Shown here piece after piece: positions 8,152 through 17,217 of a DNA stretch of 64,000 nucleotides (its first letter is position 1; every line of letters starts with the position of its first letter). This DNA comes from Escherichia phage vB_EcoS_FFH_1, in sequence record KJ190157. The stretch is one strand, 5' to 3'. Both the position numbers and the translations under genes were made by a program. The notes beneath the pieces are model-generated. The model was not told where the DNA came from. It saw nothing but the letters and a program-made list of their open reading frames with translations, and did no database searches.

Positions 8152-8159
8152 ATAAATTT

Positions 8160-8603
8160 TTAATTAAATTCGCCAGCAATCTGAGCAGCAGTACCACCAT
8201 CGTAACGCCCAGGAAATTCTTCCTTAATCGCTTTCATCAGCATACCTTTTGTAATTCCAGGGTTTAGCTTAACTAATTCTGCAAAGTATTTACGAATCTC
8301 AGTATCAGATAACTGAGGAGGCAGATACTCCTGCAACCACTTATTTAGAATGTATTCATACTGAGCGGACTGCAAGCTATAACTATCAAGATCTTGACCA
8401 TGAAGTTTAGCTTTCATCTGGTTAATGCTTTTTAGTTGAGCTTTGAGATAAGACACAAATTGTTCAGAAGTGATGAAATCTTTATCAATACGCTGAAGAT
8501 CCCCGATTATGGTCTGATAGCTTTTAGCGACTTCTTTATCAGAACCATTAAACTTAGAATCCTGCAAAGCTCTACGCAAAACATCTAAAATATTCTCTTC
8601 CAT
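8160..8603 (-). CDS. GatB/YqeY-domain protein
   Basis: YLPPQLSDTEI and the C-terminal GITKGMLMKAIKEEFPGRYDGG pattern resemble the YqeY family as recalled from memory. Confidence 0.55.
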   Translation of the reverse strand: MEENILDVLRRALQDSKFNGSDKEVAKSYQTIIGDLQRIDKDFITSEQFVSYLKAQLKSINQMKAKLHGQDLDSYSLQSAQYEYILNKWLQEYLPPQLSDTEIRKYFAELVKLNPGITKGMLMKAIKEEFPGRYDGGTAAQIAGEFN

Positions 8604-8773
8604 TATTTCATTCCTAACGCTTGGTTAAAAGATTGTTCTGTCATAACTGCTGAGACTTTGGCGAAATCAAACTTTTTAGGGTTCGTAGTGATTTCAGCAA
8701 CGTTAGAAGTTTTAACAGTTTTCGTAGTACGAATACCGCGAGTGTTAACACCAATAATTACAACTGATTTCAT
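8603..8773 (-). CDS. Hypothetical small protein (56 aa), translationally coupled to the next gene
   Basis: Hand translation MKSVVIIGVNTRG...; RBS GAGAGGAAG; stop overlaps the next ATG (TAATG). Confidence 0.4.
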   Translation of the reverse strand: MKSVVIIGVNTRGIRTTKTVKTSNVAEITTNPKKFDFAKVSAVMTEQSFNQALGMK

Positions 8774-8804
8774 ATTTCGCTTCCTCTCATTAATTTATGG
8801 AAGT

Positions 8805-8833
8805 ATTATACGGAAATTTAAGTATTTAAGCAA
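8805..8833 (-). promoter_or_regulatory. Conserved early promoter
   Basis: Minus strand TTGCTT-17-TATAAT. Confidence 0.6.
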
Positions 8834-8841
8834 GTAAATTT

Positions 8842-9291
8842 TTAAGTTTTAGTGACAACAGGTTTATAAAACGTATGTCCCTTAATCTTAGTTGTTTTCT
8901 TAAACTTCTTTGTCCAGTAAGGTTTATCTTTACCACTATGGAAGTATAGTGCTCCATATGTAGGATCTTGTGGTAAATCAACGTAGTATATCACTCTAGC
9001 TAAATTCTTAGCGGTTTGCCAAGCCTCATCAGTTTTATCAACTTTTGGTCTCTTAGATACCCAAGAGAACTGGTTAGACTGATATACTACTTTACAGTAG
9101 GAATCTGGGAATTTACCGGAGTTTACACGGTTCTTAGTAACATGTGCAATCGCCGTCATTCCCTTTATGCCCTCACCACGACTTTCGAAATAGATATTTT
9201 TAGCAATGCAATCTATTTCTTTTGCATCGTGCGATGCCTGACTACTAAAGCTGAAGGTAAGGGCAGCTACTAAAAGCAAAGCTGCCTTCAT
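8842..9291 (-). CDS. Secreted cell-wall hydrolase, SleB/Hydrolase_2 family
   Basis: Signal peptide MKAALLLVAALTFSFSSQA and the IYFESRGE motif; start taken at the ATG preceded by AGGAG. Confidence 0.6.
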   Translation of the reverse strand: MKAALLLVAALTFSFSSQASHDAKEIDCIAKNIYFESRGEGIKGMTAIAHVTKNRVNSGKFPDSYCKVVYQSNQFSWVSKRPKVDKTDEAWQTAKNLARVIYYVDLPQDPTYGALYFHSGKDKPYWTKKFKKTTKIKGHTFYKPVVTKT

Positions 9292-9296
9292 TCTTT

Positions 9297-9614
9297 TTAC
9301 TCCTGCCAATCATATTCAACACGATTGGGATTTTCTTTATACCCTAAGTCAAGCAAATCATTACGCATAGTTTGCTTAGCTACGGGATTCGAGGTTACTA
9401 GTACCACTTTCTTTGGTCTCTGCCCAAACTCTAAGAGTAAACGAAGAATTTGATAACCTTCCATACCATCTACAGCCAAGTCATTATCCATATAAACGAA
9501 GTGGCCTGTGGTATCAGTTTTATTCAGAAACTTTACAGCGGCTTCTGGGGTTCGAATGATAATGTCCATTCCGTGAAGATTACGCACATCATCAATCAAA
9601 ATATGAAAAGTCAT
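9297..9614 (-). CDS. Small alpha/beta protein with a CheY-like receiver pattern (tentative)
   Basis: HILIDDV (acidic pair), FVYMDNDL, VVLVTSNP spacing resembles a REC domain; could instead be another Rossmann-like fold. Confidence 0.35.
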   Translation of the reverse strand: MTFHILIDDVRNLHGMDIIIRTPEAAVKFLNKTDTTGHFVYMDNDLAVDGMEGYQILRLLLEFGQRPKKVVLVTSNPVAKQTMRNDLLDLGYKENPNRVEYDWQE

Positions 9615-9644
9615 AATAGCCTCGTTTCATCAATTTAAAAATAT

Positions 9645-9673
9645 ATTATACATATAATGTAGTAGATTAGCAA
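9645..9673 (-). promoter_or_regulatory. Conserved early promoter
   Basis: Minus strand TTGCTA-17-TATAAT. Confidence 0.6.
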
Positions 9674-10056
9674 ATACATTTTTAAATTGTGAAACTAGTA
9701 AACCGATAAACAGCCTAGAGGCGCCACAGGCCATATCTTATGAGCCATGTACCTTTGATCTAGGGTTTGAATCATCAACGAATACTTTGCATCTTTTAGC
9801 TTTAGAAGTTTAGAAGTTTGAGTTCTTTAAACTTTTCAGCTTTCATACTTAAATGTTGATCTTTGAAGTTGTGTCGATAATATCAACGACGCTTTGTTCT
9901 TACGTGTCAGCTTAAAAGGCTGGTGTAATAAACATAATCTCCAATAGATTATACTTTATAGTATGGTCAGCGGTCTTATTTAACCTCGTATTTCAACCGC
10001 TGCTGCGAGGTAAGATGCTTGGGCTTTCGTCTACCGATTTACTAGCTTTTAAATTA

Positions 10057-10695
10057 TTACTCTACTTCAATGAGGGTAGAGGCGTTAGACTCGGACAGAA
10101 CAAAGTCAACATTTGTTGCAAAGTCCTGGTATTCCTCGTCATGCTGCTTAATCAGCTTCTCCAGTTCCAGCGGATCAATCAAGAATGGAGTATTCTTGAG
10201 TTCCAGCAGGTTGAGCTGCATTTTAACTTCATCTTCGGAAGTTTTCTTATCGCGGGTAGCCATACTATCCTGCAAACGCTCATATTTAGCATCAAACTGT
10301 GCTTTCTGCGTATTAAACTTAACCGTAGCGGCATGGAACTGCTTACGCATGTTAGCCAGCAATTGGGCTTTAAGTTCCATAGAACGCTTAGCTTCAATTG
10401 CTTCCGCAACAGTCATCTTACGAGAGCCAATCTCAACGATTGTTTCCGCATTGCTTTTAATCAGAGCAGCTTTGATACGATCACGCTGGGACATCATATC
10501 CAGCAGAGACTGGAAATCAGTCTTAATACGAGTAGACAGATCAGCTACTTCGATTGCAGCGCCAACTACAACCTGGTTTTTATCCTTACCTTCACCAACA
10601 GCGATCAGAAGCTGTTGTTCAGTAGCTTTACGGATTTTAGCTTCCAGAGATTTGATAGTTGCCAGAGCGCGAGTTTTAGAGATACGAGTAGTCAT
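10057..10695 (-). CDS. Hypothetical alpha-helical protein (212 aa)
   Basis: RBS AAGGAAG; same orientation as the operon; overlapping plus-strand ORFs judged spurious. Confidence 0.5.
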   Translation of the reverse strand: MTTRISKTRALATIKSLEAKIRKATEQQLLIAVGEGKDKNQVVVGAAIEVADLSTRIKTDFQSLLDMMSQRDRIKAALIKSNAETIVEIGSRKMTVAEAIEAKRSMELKAQLLANMRKQFHAATVKFNTQKAQFDAKYERLQDSMATRDKKTSEDEVKMQLNLLELKNTPFLIDPLELEKLIKQHDEEYQDFATNVDFVLSESNASTLIEVE

Positions 10696-10748
10696 TATTT
10701 GCTTCCTTATATGAAGTTTGAGATTTGAATTTGTTTAAATTTGGTCTA

Positions 10749-10931
10749 TTACAGACCAATTGCCAGCAGAGTGCGCAGAACAGTATCGTTACTGTTATCA
10801 ATTTTAGGATTAGCACGATTTAGCAGATCAAAGATTTTCTGGATACCTGATTGACGTTCAGCCATACGACGGATACCCAGATTACGAGTAGCTTTCTTAC
10901 CATTTTTACGAACATTTTTAGATACTGGCAT
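10749..10931 (-). CDS. Small basic protein (60 aa)
   Basis: RBS AAGAGGAAAA. Confidence 0.4.
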   Translation of the reverse strand: MPVSKNVRKNGKKATRNLGIRRMAERQSGIQKIFDLLNRANPKIDNSNDTVLRTLLAIGL

Positions 10932-10971
10932 ATTTGTTTTCCTCTTATTGTTTTCTCAAATTTATGAATAT

Positions 10972-11000
10972 ATTATACAGAATTTTGGGGCCGGAAGCAA
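10972..11000 (-). promoter_or_regulatory. Conserved early promoter
   Basis: Minus strand TTGCTT-17-TATAAT. Confidence 0.6.
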
Positions 11001-11001
11001 A

Positions 11002-11703
11002 TCAAATTTTCATTTTTTCGATCATAGCTGCAACACAATAGCTTTCAACTAAGGCATCAAATGCAGGATCATGCTTAACCGGATAGATCCCATAACGAAT
11101 AGTGTCCATCTTCTCCATTTTAGCTATTGCCCAGCTAATACCTTCGGTCTCTAGAGCCTTATAACTGTATCCAGCTTGCATCCAGAGATTACGAAGAGAT
11201 CGAACATTGCCCAAATTCCAGAATTTCCACGGAACTACCTCTTCATTGGTTCCAGCATGGAACGTATTTGCAGAGTAGATAGTCATATCAAACTCTGGGC
11301 CATTGCCATAGTACAAAGCATTGTCGCCTAGAGCCAATTCCATAATATTTTGAGCCATAGAGAAGGCAGCATAGTTAGAGCCAAGTTTATTAGTGCAATG
11401 ATGTTTACCATTTTGGAAGGCAATCAGTTTTGGATTACGTTCCTTCATAGCTTCCATAATGTGGATAGCAGACGGGCTATTTTTAGCTTGATCCATCCAG
11501 AATGCTAGAGTAGATGCTGTAACTTTAGCACCAGAATTAAACTGATCTTGCACATCCAAAGTAACAAATACTAGATCAGGGTCTTTATCAATTCCATGCA
11601 TAGCCACAAAAGCGAAAGAAGGCATTGCGATATGAGTAGTACCACAATCTCCTGGAGTTCCTAGAGATTCAATATCTAGCATACCAAATGGTTTTACTTT
11701 CAT
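11002..11703 (-). CDS. DEDDh-family 3'-5' exonuclease (DnaQ-like fold)
   Basis: Exo I-like MLDIESLG and Exo III-like H-x4-D (HDPAFDA); RBS AAGGA. Confidence 0.55.
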   Translation of the reverse strand: MKVKPFGMLDIESLGTPGDCGTTHIAMPSFAFVAMHGIDKDPDLVFVTLDVQDQFNSGAKVTASTLAFWMDQAKNSPSAIHIMEAMKERNPKLIAFQNGKHHCTNKLGSNYAAFSMAQNIMELALGDNALYYGNGPEFDMTIYSANTFHAGTNEEVVPWKFWNLGNVRSLRNLWMQAGYSYKALETEGISWAIAKMEKMDTIRYGIYPVKHDPAFDALVESYCVAAMIEKMKI

Positions 11704-11731
11704 AACTTATCCTTTATTGTGTAGAAAACTA

Positions 11732-11968
11732 TTAAAGAGCTGTCTCTTTAATAGACTCCCACTTCTTGGGGTCTTTAAAACCAGGAAGCATATCCTCACT
11801 GACATCCCAGTTCTCTTCCATAGAGAAGTCGGGCCATTCATTCCAGCTACCTTCCAGCTCTTCATAACAGGTATCCATTACCTCATGACTAGAAAGTCGT
11901 GTATAATCCCTAGCTGACTTATGGGTGCTAGCACGGTTAAAATCATTCTTTGCTACAAAATTACGCAT
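11732..11968 (-). CDS. Hypothetical acidic protein (78 aa)
   Basis: ORF with RBS GGAG. Confidence 0.4.
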   Translation of the reverse strand: MRNFVAKNDFNRASTHKSARDYTRLSSHEVMDTCYEELEGSWNEWPDFSMEENWDVSEDMLPGFKDPKKWESIKETAL

Positions 11969-12009
11969 AGTTTCTCCAAATAAGAGGGGCTTTCGCCCCC
12001 TGATTTAAA

Positions 12010-12225
12010 TCACTTGCCCAGCAGTTTAAGGATATTTTCCATAATAGTTTGGGCAGACTTTTCACTCTTGTTAGTTTCAGCCAACTTTAAAGCGAGTTCT
12101 TCCTGCTGTTTCTGAATATCAGCTGCGATTTTTTGATCAGCCTCAATACGAGCTTGAAGCTCATCAGTGATAGTGGTAAAGGAAGCAACGATTTCAGTAA
12201 CAGAACGTGGTTTCTTAGAGAACAT
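12010..12225 (-). CDS. Hypothetical protein (71 aa)
   Basis: ORF with RBS AAGGA. Confidence 0.4.
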   Translation of the reverse strand: MFSKKPRSVTEIVASFTTITDELQARIEADQKIAADIQKQQEELALKLAETNKSEKSAQTIMENILKLLGK

Positions 12226-12289
12226 AAAAAATATCCTTGATTAGTTAGAGAATTAGTCGATTGTAGGGGCTTTCGCCCCTACTTATCTA

Positions 12290-12805
12290 TTACTTCGCTT
12301 TACGCTTACGAACTGGTTTAGCAGATTTACGAGCAGAATCACCCGTGAACTTAATGCCTACACCGTAACACAGAGCACGAACATTATCTTTACTATACTC
12401 TACGCCAAAGATATTTGGCTTAACAGAACCAAACTGTCCACGAGTATCACGCAATACATCTGCTGTTGGTTTACGCTTCTGGTTAACTGCTTTCTCGTAA
12501 TCTTTCATGGCCATGCCATTACGAGGGAACAATTCTGCTCCAGCATTGAAACTCAGTGCTACTGGAACAGATTTGTGACCATAACCCTGTACATAGGTCA
12601 CAAGGCGGGCTACAGAACGAGTGGCATTCTTAGCCTTCGGCTTTTGACGAATCGGAGCCGGATTATTCAGTGCTTGAGCAGCCTGAGCATCAGTAGGGTG
12701 CTTGCGCAGGTGGCGTTCCAGACGAGCTTTGCGGTTAGCCTCAGTCTGCGGGAAAGTTTTAACTGTAGTAGCTGCTTGAGTTTTTGCGTTTTTCTGCTTA
12801 GCCAT
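12290..12805 (-). CDS. Basic lysine/arginine-rich protein, possibly nucleic-acid binding
   Basis: ORF with RBS AAGGAAA and its own promoter. Confidence 0.5.
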   Translation of the reverse strand: MAKQKNAKTQAATTVKTFPQTEANRKARLERHLRKHPTDAQAAQALNNPAPIRQKPKAKNATRSVARLVTYVQGYGHKSVPVALSFNAGAELFPRNGMAMKDYEKAVNQKRKPTADVLRDTRGQFGSVKPNIFGVEYSKDNVRALCYGVGIKFTGDSARKSAKPVRKRKAK

Positions 12806-12843
12806 TATTTGTTTTCCTTTTTGTTTATCAATTTATGAAGTAT

Positions 12844-12872
12844 ATTATACAAGAATTTGAAGCGTTTAGCAA
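12844..12872 (-). promoter_or_regulatory. Conserved early promoter
   Basis: Minus strand TTGCTA-17-TATAAT. Confidence 0.6.
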
Positions 12873-12888
12873 ATGAATTTTTTAAAAA

Positions 12889-13167
12889 TTATCTACCAAC
12901 CATCTTGGCTTGTTCTGCATCGGAAACATATTGATACGCTCCTTTATTATACGCTGGAGCAGTACACATTTTCTTACGCTCAATCTCTTCTTGAGCTTTT
13001 CTTTCGCGTTCAGCTAATTCTTCATCCAGATAAACTAAACGTTGTTCTGGAGGAGGTGGAAGACGTGTTTCTGGCTCACCAATATTAGCCTTTCTTATTT
13101 GACGAGGTGATTGTGCACGTTTTCTCAACGGTTTAAATCCTAATGAATTTGAGTTATAAATTCGCAT
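12889..13167 (-). CDS. Hypothetical basic protein (92 aa)
   Basis: RBS GAGGAGGG. Confidence 0.45.
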   Translation of the reverse strand: MRIYNSNSLGFKPLRKRAQSPRQIRKANIGEPETRLPPPPEQRLVYLDEELAERERKAQEEIERKKMCTAPAYNKGAYQYVSDAEQAKMVGR

Positions 13168-13194
13168 AAAGCCCTCCTCACTTTCAATACGAAT

Positions 13195-13223
13195 ATTATA
13201 CTAAATTAGAGGGCTTTAAGCAA
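13195..13223 (-). promoter_or_regulatory. Conserved early promoter
   Basis: Minus strand TTGCTT-17-TATAAT. Confidence 0.55.
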
Positions 13224-13243
13224 GAAGATTTTTAATTTATTTA

Positions 13244-13720
13244 TCACATCTCGGCAAGTTCTTGCTCAGTAATAACTGTGTTACACAATGCATCTACAGC
13301 TTCATTACCACTAATACCAGAATGTCCTTTAACCTTAATAAAGGTAGGATTAGTATTATGAAAGTTGATATACTGCTGTGTTAATTTAAATGCTTCCTGC
13401 CAAAGTTCTAGATTAAGAGGAACTTCACCATCTGCTTTCTTCCAGCCTTTCCTTTGCCAAGAAAACATCCAACTTTCCATACCATTTTTGCAATAAGCAG
13501 AGTCAGTATAGATAGCAATTGGTCTATTATCTTTTTTAACAGACCAACGTAGAGCTTCTACAATAGCTGTGAGTTCCATCTCATTATTTGTAGTTTTAGG
13601 ATTATAACCAGATTTAGAACCTAAACGATCGTCGTTATCATCATAGACAATAAAACCCCAAGCACCTGGACCTGGGTTAGACTTACAAGCACCATCTGTG
13701 TAAATGTGGAAAACCGACAT
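13244..13720 (-). CDS. rnhA: Ribonuclease H (RNase HI family)
   Basis: YTDGAC, NNEMEL, YTDS, KGHSG motifs; start at the ATG overlapping the upstream stop (TAATG) with RBS GGAGG. Confidence 0.85.
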   Translation of the reverse strand: MSVFHIYTDGACKSNPGPGAWGFIVYDDNDDRLGSKSGYNPKTTNNEMELTAIVEALRWSVKKDNRPIAIYTDSAYCKNGMESWMFSWQRKGWKKADGEVPLNLELWQEAFKLTQQYINFHNTNPTFIKVKGHSGISGNEAVDALCNTVITEQELAEM

Positions 13721-14001
13721 TATACCTCCCAACTAATTTTAAGACCCATGTCTACAAAGGCGGCTTCTCGGTAGTATTGTGAGAGATGATACCCCTTATC
13801 CGATAAGGTTTTTAGTACCGATTTAGCTGCTCCTGGCATTTCTCTAGGATTATATAGCCACCTAGCGTAAGGATTATCTCGAATAATTACTTCTGTATTT
13901 CCAGACTTAGCAGCTTCTACAATCTTTTCTTCTATAAACTTTAGAAATGCGGGTACTTCTGTTAATCCTGCAAGTTCTTGGGCTTCTTTGGCTGAAATCA
14001 T
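13720..14001 (-). CDS. Hypothetical protein (93 aa)
   Basis: ORF. Confidence 0.45.
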   Translation of the reverse strand: MISAKEAQELAGLTEVPAFLKFIEEKIVEAAKSGNTEVIIRDNPYARWLYNPREMPGAAKSVLKTLSDKGYHLSQYYREAAFVDMGLKISWEV

Positions 14002-14026
14002 TGTATACCTCCAATTTATAAAATAT

Positions 14027-14055
14027 ATTATATTTAAATTTCACTAAATAAGCAA
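14027..14055 (-). promoter_or_regulatory. Conserved early promoter
   Basis: Minus strand TTGCTT-17-TATAAT. Confidence 0.55.
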
Positions 14056-14096
14056 ATGAAATTTAAATATAATAGCCCCCGAAAGGGCTATTTGAG

Positions 14097-14936
14097 TTAA
14101 GAAGACATCTTAGCTTTAAGAGCTGGGTGAGGATCGTACCCCTCTAAATGGAATGACCAAGCTGCCGTATTATTTTCTAGTAAGTCGTAAAGATCTACAA
14201 ACTCTGGCATTACTAGAGTTGGTAAAGGACGAGGTTTACGTTTTACCTGTTCTTCTACCTGTTCCATGTGGTCATTATAGATATGAGTATCACCGCCACT
14301 AAAGATAAGATAACGAGGTTTTAATCCTGTCAGTTTTGCTAATATATGCGTTAATAAAGCATAACTAGCAATATTGAAAGGTAAACCGAGGAAACAATCC
14401 ACAGAGCGTTGTGTCCATTTAAGATCTAGGTATCCATCGTTACTTACATAGCACTGGAAGCCGTAGTGACAGGGTGGTAATGCCATTTTATCAAGTTCAG
14501 CTACGTTCCATGCAGAAACTAGATGTCTGCGGCCATGAGGATTATTCTTGAGTCCTTCAATAAGTTCTAGAATCTGATCTCGCCCACCAAAGTTGCGCCA
14601 CTGTTTACCATATACTGGTCCTAGATTACCCTTATCATACCCCATACTTATAGCTTGGTCTTCATAATTTGGAGTCCAGATGGTCCACTGTCCTTCGTCA
14701 CGACCAAATGTGAATACACGTAGATCATGGAGATTTGTGGAACCAGACAAGAACCATAAGAGTTCTCCTACTACGGATTTCCAAGCTAGACGTTTGGTAG
14801 TTACAGCCGGGAACCCTTCACGTAGGTCGAACTTAGCATAGGAATCAAAAATTGAAACTGTGCCTGTTCCTGTACGGTCATTACGGGGTTCACCTAGTAA
14901 AATTACATCTGTCAAAATTTTTAAGTATTGTTGCAT
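14097..14936 (-). CDS. thyA: Thymidylate synthase
   Basis: Active-site PPCH motif and overall ThyA-like sequence. Confidence 0.9.
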   Translation of the reverse strand: MQQYLKILTDVILLGEPRNDRTGTGTVSIFDSYAKFDLREGFPAVTTKRLAWKSVVGELLWFLSGSTNLHDLRVFTFGRDEGQWTIWTPNYEDQAISMGYDKGNLGPVYGKQWRNFGGRDQILELIEGLKNNPHGRRHLVSAWNVAELDKMALPPCHYGFQCYVSNDGYLDLKWTQRSVDCFLGLPFNIASYALLTHILAKLTGLKPRYLIFSGGDTHIYNDHMEQVEEQVKRKPRPLPTLVMPEFVDLYDLLENNTAAWSFHLEGYDPHPALKAKMSS

Positions 14937-15469
14937 TAATAAGTAACCAATTCCTGTACAAATCGCAGGCTGTTATCACTGTTTGCGCCAACTGCATAGA
15001 CTAATCGAGTGGATTCATAGTTATAATCCAGTATCATACTATCTAGGTGTATATCTGCCTCTAGCTTCTGTTCGCTAAAGATTGTAGATACAAAAGCACT
15101 TTCAATATGCCCATGTTGGTACATTTCTAGAAGAAGATTAGCTCCACCTAGAACTACTGTTTGCTGATCTTTTAGAAAAGTAGGTAATGTATCACCTATC
15201 ATTGATATGGGAGTGTAAATATCATGTGTAATATCATCTGGCAGTGGACGATCAGCACGAATAAATAGGTCAGAAGCTCCAATCATACGTTCCCTAACGG
15301 CGTATGGAAGAGCTAAATAAGTACCAGCACCAATGATGATGTTATCTGGATTCAACACGTCCAGTTGAGAATAGAAAGCATTCAGTTCTTCTTTGAAAGA
15401 GCCCCAAGGGAGCTTACCTCGGAGGCCGAACTCCCCATTCGGCCCAACTGCGTACATTGCTGTAATCAT
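14936..15469 (-). CDS. Dihydrofolate reductase
   Basis: DHFR-like 177 aa protein directly upstream of thyA, overlapping both neighbours. Confidence 0.8.
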   Translation of the reverse strand: MITAMYAVGPNGEFGLRGKLPWGSFKEELNAFYSQLDVLNPDNIIIGAGTYLALPYAVRERMIGASDLFIRADRPLPDDITHDIYTPISMIGDTLPTFLKDQQTVVLGGANLLLEMYQHGHIESAFVSTIFSEQKLEADIHLDSMILDYNYESTRLVYAVGANSDNSLRFVQELVTY

Positions 15470-16611
15470 AAGAAATCTCCAAATTCATTACCCAGATCTT
15501 TCAGAGTATCAGTAGAGGTCTCAGTTACCTGACCTACACGGTAGGCTGCACCAATCTGGATTTCTTGTGGAGCAGGCTGTAGAGAAGTAGTATCCAACCA
15601 GTTCATAATCCACGGAATAGGGTTTTTAGTGATTACTGGTAAGTGACTAGGCCATTCTACACCAATGTGCATAAATGCATTACGCCCTACAAAGTACAAG
15701 TATTCTTCTAGAAGTTCTGCATTCAAACCAATCAGACTACGACCTTTGAAAATGAAATGACCCCATTCAATTTCAGTTTTCAGAGTTTTCAGGAGCTGTG
15801 CTGGTGCTTTAGCCACTGCTTCGTCTACCAGATCTTTGTCAAACTGCTGGAACATAATCTGGATGATTGCTTTGGACATCTGAGTGTGCAGAGCTTCATC
15901 TTTAGCGATTAATTGCAGATTTTTAGCAATACCTTGCAGAATATCGTTCTCTGCTAATGCAAAGGTACATGCAAAGGATGCGTAGAACTGCATTGCTTCC
16001 AGACCGTAGATTGCAAAATAAGCATCTAACAGTTTAGCCTGAGTTTCACGCTTAACTTCAGGGAACTCCGTTTCTGGGTATGTATTGTCACCACGATGAT
16101 CACGTACTGCGATGAAATACTGACCTAACTGGTACAGTTCATCGAATAGTTCAACAGAATCAGCGATGCGTGCGAATGCTTCTTGGTTTTTGGTTACAGA
16201 ATCAATAAATTCTGCTGGATCAGTTAGCACATTACGAATAATATTGCTATAAGCACGACTGTGCAGATCTTCGAAGTAGCTCCACTGCTTGAGCATACCT
16301 TCCAATTCTGGACGACTTACAAGCGGCATAATAGCTGCTTCAGGAGCACGACTGATGAAGGAATCTGTTTGAGTCTGCCATGCTAAGTTCAGGAGTGTAA
16401 TTTCCTGAATTTCTCGTGGGAGATTAGGCCATTGTTTCTTATCTGCTTCCAGACTGATTTCAGTTTCAGTCCAAAATTGAGAGCGTTGCAGAAGTGCCAG
16501 ACGTTCTAGTTCTGGATGTGCTACACGTACATAATCTGCGATACCTAGAGAATCTCCCAGGAAAAGGTCAGCGTTAGTATGATCCCAATTCAGGTTTAGT
16601 AAAGTAGTCAT
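15466..16611 (-). CDS. nrdB: Ribonucleotide reductase class Ia beta subunit
   Basis: Ferritin-like di-iron protein of NrdB size and pattern; RBS AGAGGAAAA. Confidence 0.9.
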   Translation of the reverse strand: MTTLLNLNWDHTNADLFLGDSLGIADYVRVAHPELERLALLQRSQFWTETEISLEADKKQWPNLPREIQEITLLNLAWQTQTDSFISRAPEAAIMPLVSRPELEGMLKQWSYFEDLHSRAYSNIIRNVLTDPAEFIDSVTKNQEAFARIADSVELFDELYQLGQYFIAVRDHRGDNTYPETEFPEVKRETQAKLLDAYFAIYGLEAMQFYASFACTFALAENDILQGIAKNLQLIAKDEALHTQMSKAIIQIMFQQFDKDLVDEAVAKAPAQLLKTLKTEIEWGHFIFKGRSLIGLNAELLEEYLYFVGRNAFMHIGVEWPSHLPVITKNPIPWIMNWLDTTSLQPAPQEIQIGAAYRVGQVTETSTDTLKDLGNEFGDFL

Positions 16612-16641
16612 TGATTTTCCTCTTTCTCACTATTTCAGGAA

Positions 16642-16670
16642 TATTATAGCAAATCTGGTAGCGATTAGCA
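16642..16670 (-). promoter_or_regulatory. Conserved early promoter upstream of nrdB
   Basis: Minus strand TTGCTA-17-TATAAT. Confidence 0.6.
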
Positions 16671-16677
16671 AATAAAA

Positions 16678-17160
16678 TTATAAACTATCAAGCTCCAATA
16701 GTTTAGCATCGCGCCATTCTATAGCATCCTCTAATTCTTTGAATGTTTTAGTATGTTTTACACCTTTTCTAGCAATCTGGACTTGGTAAGATCCGCTTGC
16801 TTTTTGGTGTATATTTTTAATACCTAACTTATTGTCTTTGTGCGCTCCGACATTCTTTCCATTGTTAAATCTATCAGATGCTAATAAATTAATTGCTCTA
16901 TTATCATGACGTATTCTGTTGTCATGGTCTACTTCTTTTGGAATGTATCCATGGGTGATATAGAATGCTAAGATATGTGCATAGTATTTTTTACCCCTTA
17001 CTTGCATTACTATGTATCCTGAACATTTTTCTAGAGAACCTGCTTCTTTGTCAGCAAACTTAGTATTAAAGGATTTATCTTCTCTAGGTCTGTGGGTAAA
17101 GATTCCGGTTTCTGGATTATAGTCAAATAACTCAGCTATTTCTTTGTATTTTTCTTCCAT
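16678..17160 (-). CDS. HNH homing endonuclease with a C-terminal AP2-like DNA-binding domain
   Basis: HNH motif EVDHDNRIRHDNRAINL; free-standing between nrdA and nrdB; weak RBS and no promoter of its own. Confidence 0.8.
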   Translation of the reverse strand: MEEKYKEIAELFDYNPETGIFTHRPREDKSFNTKFADKEAGSLEKCSGYIVMQVRGKKYYAHILAFYITHGYIPKEVDHDNRIRHDNRAINLLASDRFNNGKNVGAHKDNKLGIKNIHQKASGSYQVQIARKGVKHTKTFKELEDAIEWRDAKLLELDSL

Positions 17161-17191
17161 AATCTAAAATTACAGCCGTTATAGGCCTAAT

Positions 17192-17216
17192 AAAAGGGGC
17201 TTTCGCCCCCTTATTT
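17192..17216 (-). terminator. Conserved GGGGC-TTTC-GCCCC hairpin acting as terminator downstream of nrdA
   Basis: aaaaggggctttcgccccc on plus; a U-run follows the hairpin on the minus transcript. Confidence 0.55.
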
Positions 17217-17217
17217 A

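Noticed and set aside
10015-10728. Two long plus-strand ORFs (237 and 214 aa) overlapping the minus-strand 212 aa gene
   Set aside because: Low-complexity Ser/Leu-rich translations with no RBS; the minus-strand ORF has a proper RBS and fits the operon orientation, so these are antisense artefacts.
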